From contig NMRA01000073.1 of NCBI GenBank assembly GCA_002633005.1, positions 768,150 through 832,149 on the forward strand: a stretch of 64,000 nucleotides of DNA, read 5' to 3'. Positions within the stretch are counted from its first letter, which is position 1, and every line of letters begins with the position of its first letter. Both the position numbers and the translations under genes were made by a program. This document shows, in pieces, positions 62,605-64,000 of the stretch. This stretch comes from Phoronis australis. Taxonomy: Eukaryota; Animalia; Phoronida. The notes under the pieces were generated by a model. That model worked only from the letters and a program-made list of their open reading frames with translations. It searched no databases and had not been told where the DNA came from.

Positions 62605-64000
62605 CGGGCATTTACACTACTTTGTCATTGGTCATCCATGTCAACTATTCGTGATCCCATTCATCTGAGGACCGTAAGAACGGGGGGGGGGGGGGGGGGG
62701 GGGGGGNGCACGTACCCTTGATAATTTGCAGTTTATAAGTTTTTGCGCAAAAGACTTTGCATTAAAATGACTTTCACTGACTAACTATGCTCATCACCCT
62801 GGAGGTGTAACCGATGTAACAGGGATAGTGGGGACGTGTTGCTGACCGAATCAGTCAATTTTCTGGTGTAATTTCGGACCACGGCATTTTCACAACTTTG
62901 ATATACACTTTGGCGCCAGTTAAAAAGAATCGGCTGTAAAAATGGCATGGTATATCACTAGTTTTGCTTGGTATAAATTTCGATTTGATTATAAATATTG
63001 ACTTGATTATGAAAATTCGGTAAATTCAGCAACCTCGGTTAACAGCCAGCTTCATCTCCCGCAATAAGTGAGGGTCATATTTCATTCGAAGCACGCCGTG
63101 CGGGTATATACATGGGACGTAATTCTAGCCCTCAGTTTAAACATCTGTCTCCTTTTTCATTTTTGGTTTAAATTTCACTTCAGATTTGGAAGCCTTGTTA
63201 CAACCCCTGCCCTAAAATGACCACATACCCCCCCCCCGGTTGACCCAATATTTTTATCATTCTACTGGCCCCATGTCTTCTAACCCCGGTGTTGACGCTT
63301 TGACTTCATACGCGTTCACTTGCTGATATTATAAGATCGACTTCGTAACCAACGTGGTACTGACAGTGTCTCTGTATTGCAACAGACGGTTGTCGGTACC
63401 GCGATCATTCTGGACACAAATTTTTAAAGAGTAGACCTAGTTGTCTAACGAGTTCACTCCCAGTTCCAATGACTTTTCATCATTACATCGTTTACGCATC
63501 TTCTTTATAAAGGACTCCTGTGGCGGCCAGTTCCCCCGAGAAAGTGAGTTAAACCAGACTTTTCACTATTTACCACCAAAGAGATGTTATTTCAGAAAGC
63601 CACAGAGGCTCGAATTGCCGCAACGTCGAAATTTTCTCAAAAATGACCGCCGCTATCTATTATAACGGTTAGGCGTGAAATCGGGATCATTGGACCATTT
63701 GTCCCGTTCCCTCCTGTATCCCGTAAGCAATTAACACATTTTCTTCTCCCCGAATCGTATGACGTCACACATTCCTCGGACTGAATTAGAAGCAACCTTG
63801 TTGCGGCTCATGGCCGGTTGTTCCTTGAGCGGATCTCATCTCCCGGAGGTGGATGCGTAGCCCCCTTTTTCTATCGGCATGACAACGGCATGCAGGTGTC
63901 GCTACAACAGCGTGTTGTTTGACCAAGAAGATATTCCTTGCAAACACAGGCGTCTACTTCAATGTTTTGCTGCTCTTTATTCTCATTGAAGCTCATTCTT

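Noticed and set aside
62682-62707. Poly-G run as a promoter G-quadruplex (also 10405-10427 and 4142-4158)
   Set aside because: The runs end at or next to N characters, so their length and context are unreliable assembly features.
60556-64000. COE/EBF (TCCCNNGGGA) cholinergic selector motif expected near SLC5A7
   Set aside because: No convincing match was found by eye; a PWM scan would be needed.

Overview
AT-rich, intron- and transposon-rich eukaryotic DNA, most likely from a marine invertebrate (inferred; the taxon cannot be fixed from sequence alone). Four spliced genes were reconstructed by hand from splice sites and codon phase: (1) the first three coding exons of a DOCK3/DOCK4 (DOCK-B) orthologue on the minus strand, running off the left edge; (2) a head-to-head, micro-exon-rich MYND-finger gene on the plus strand (~317 aa); (3) a 619-aa minus-strand C3HC4 RING protein with a PAM2-like motif, an acidic tract and two probable TM helices, whose RING needs a GC-AG intron; (4) a complete 7-exon SLC5A7/CHT1 choline transporter (551 aa). 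Mobile DNA includes a young, TSD-flanked APE-RT LINE in SLC5A7 intron 3. It carries a T2A-like StopGo peptide, a splice-acceptor-like 5' terminus and one 5-bp duplication that splits EN from RT at an AUGA overlap. There is also an internally deleted Kolobok-type transposon (THAP plus KolX/P2X7-ballast-like genes), two further Kolobok remnants, decayed LINE fragments and many MITEs. Two motif arrays stand out: a ~144-bp tandem array with a CTCF-like site in nearly every unit, and a 19-bp E-box (CCACGTGG) minisatellite. No CRISPR array, rRNA or intact tRNA was found. All models are manual and lack transcript support.
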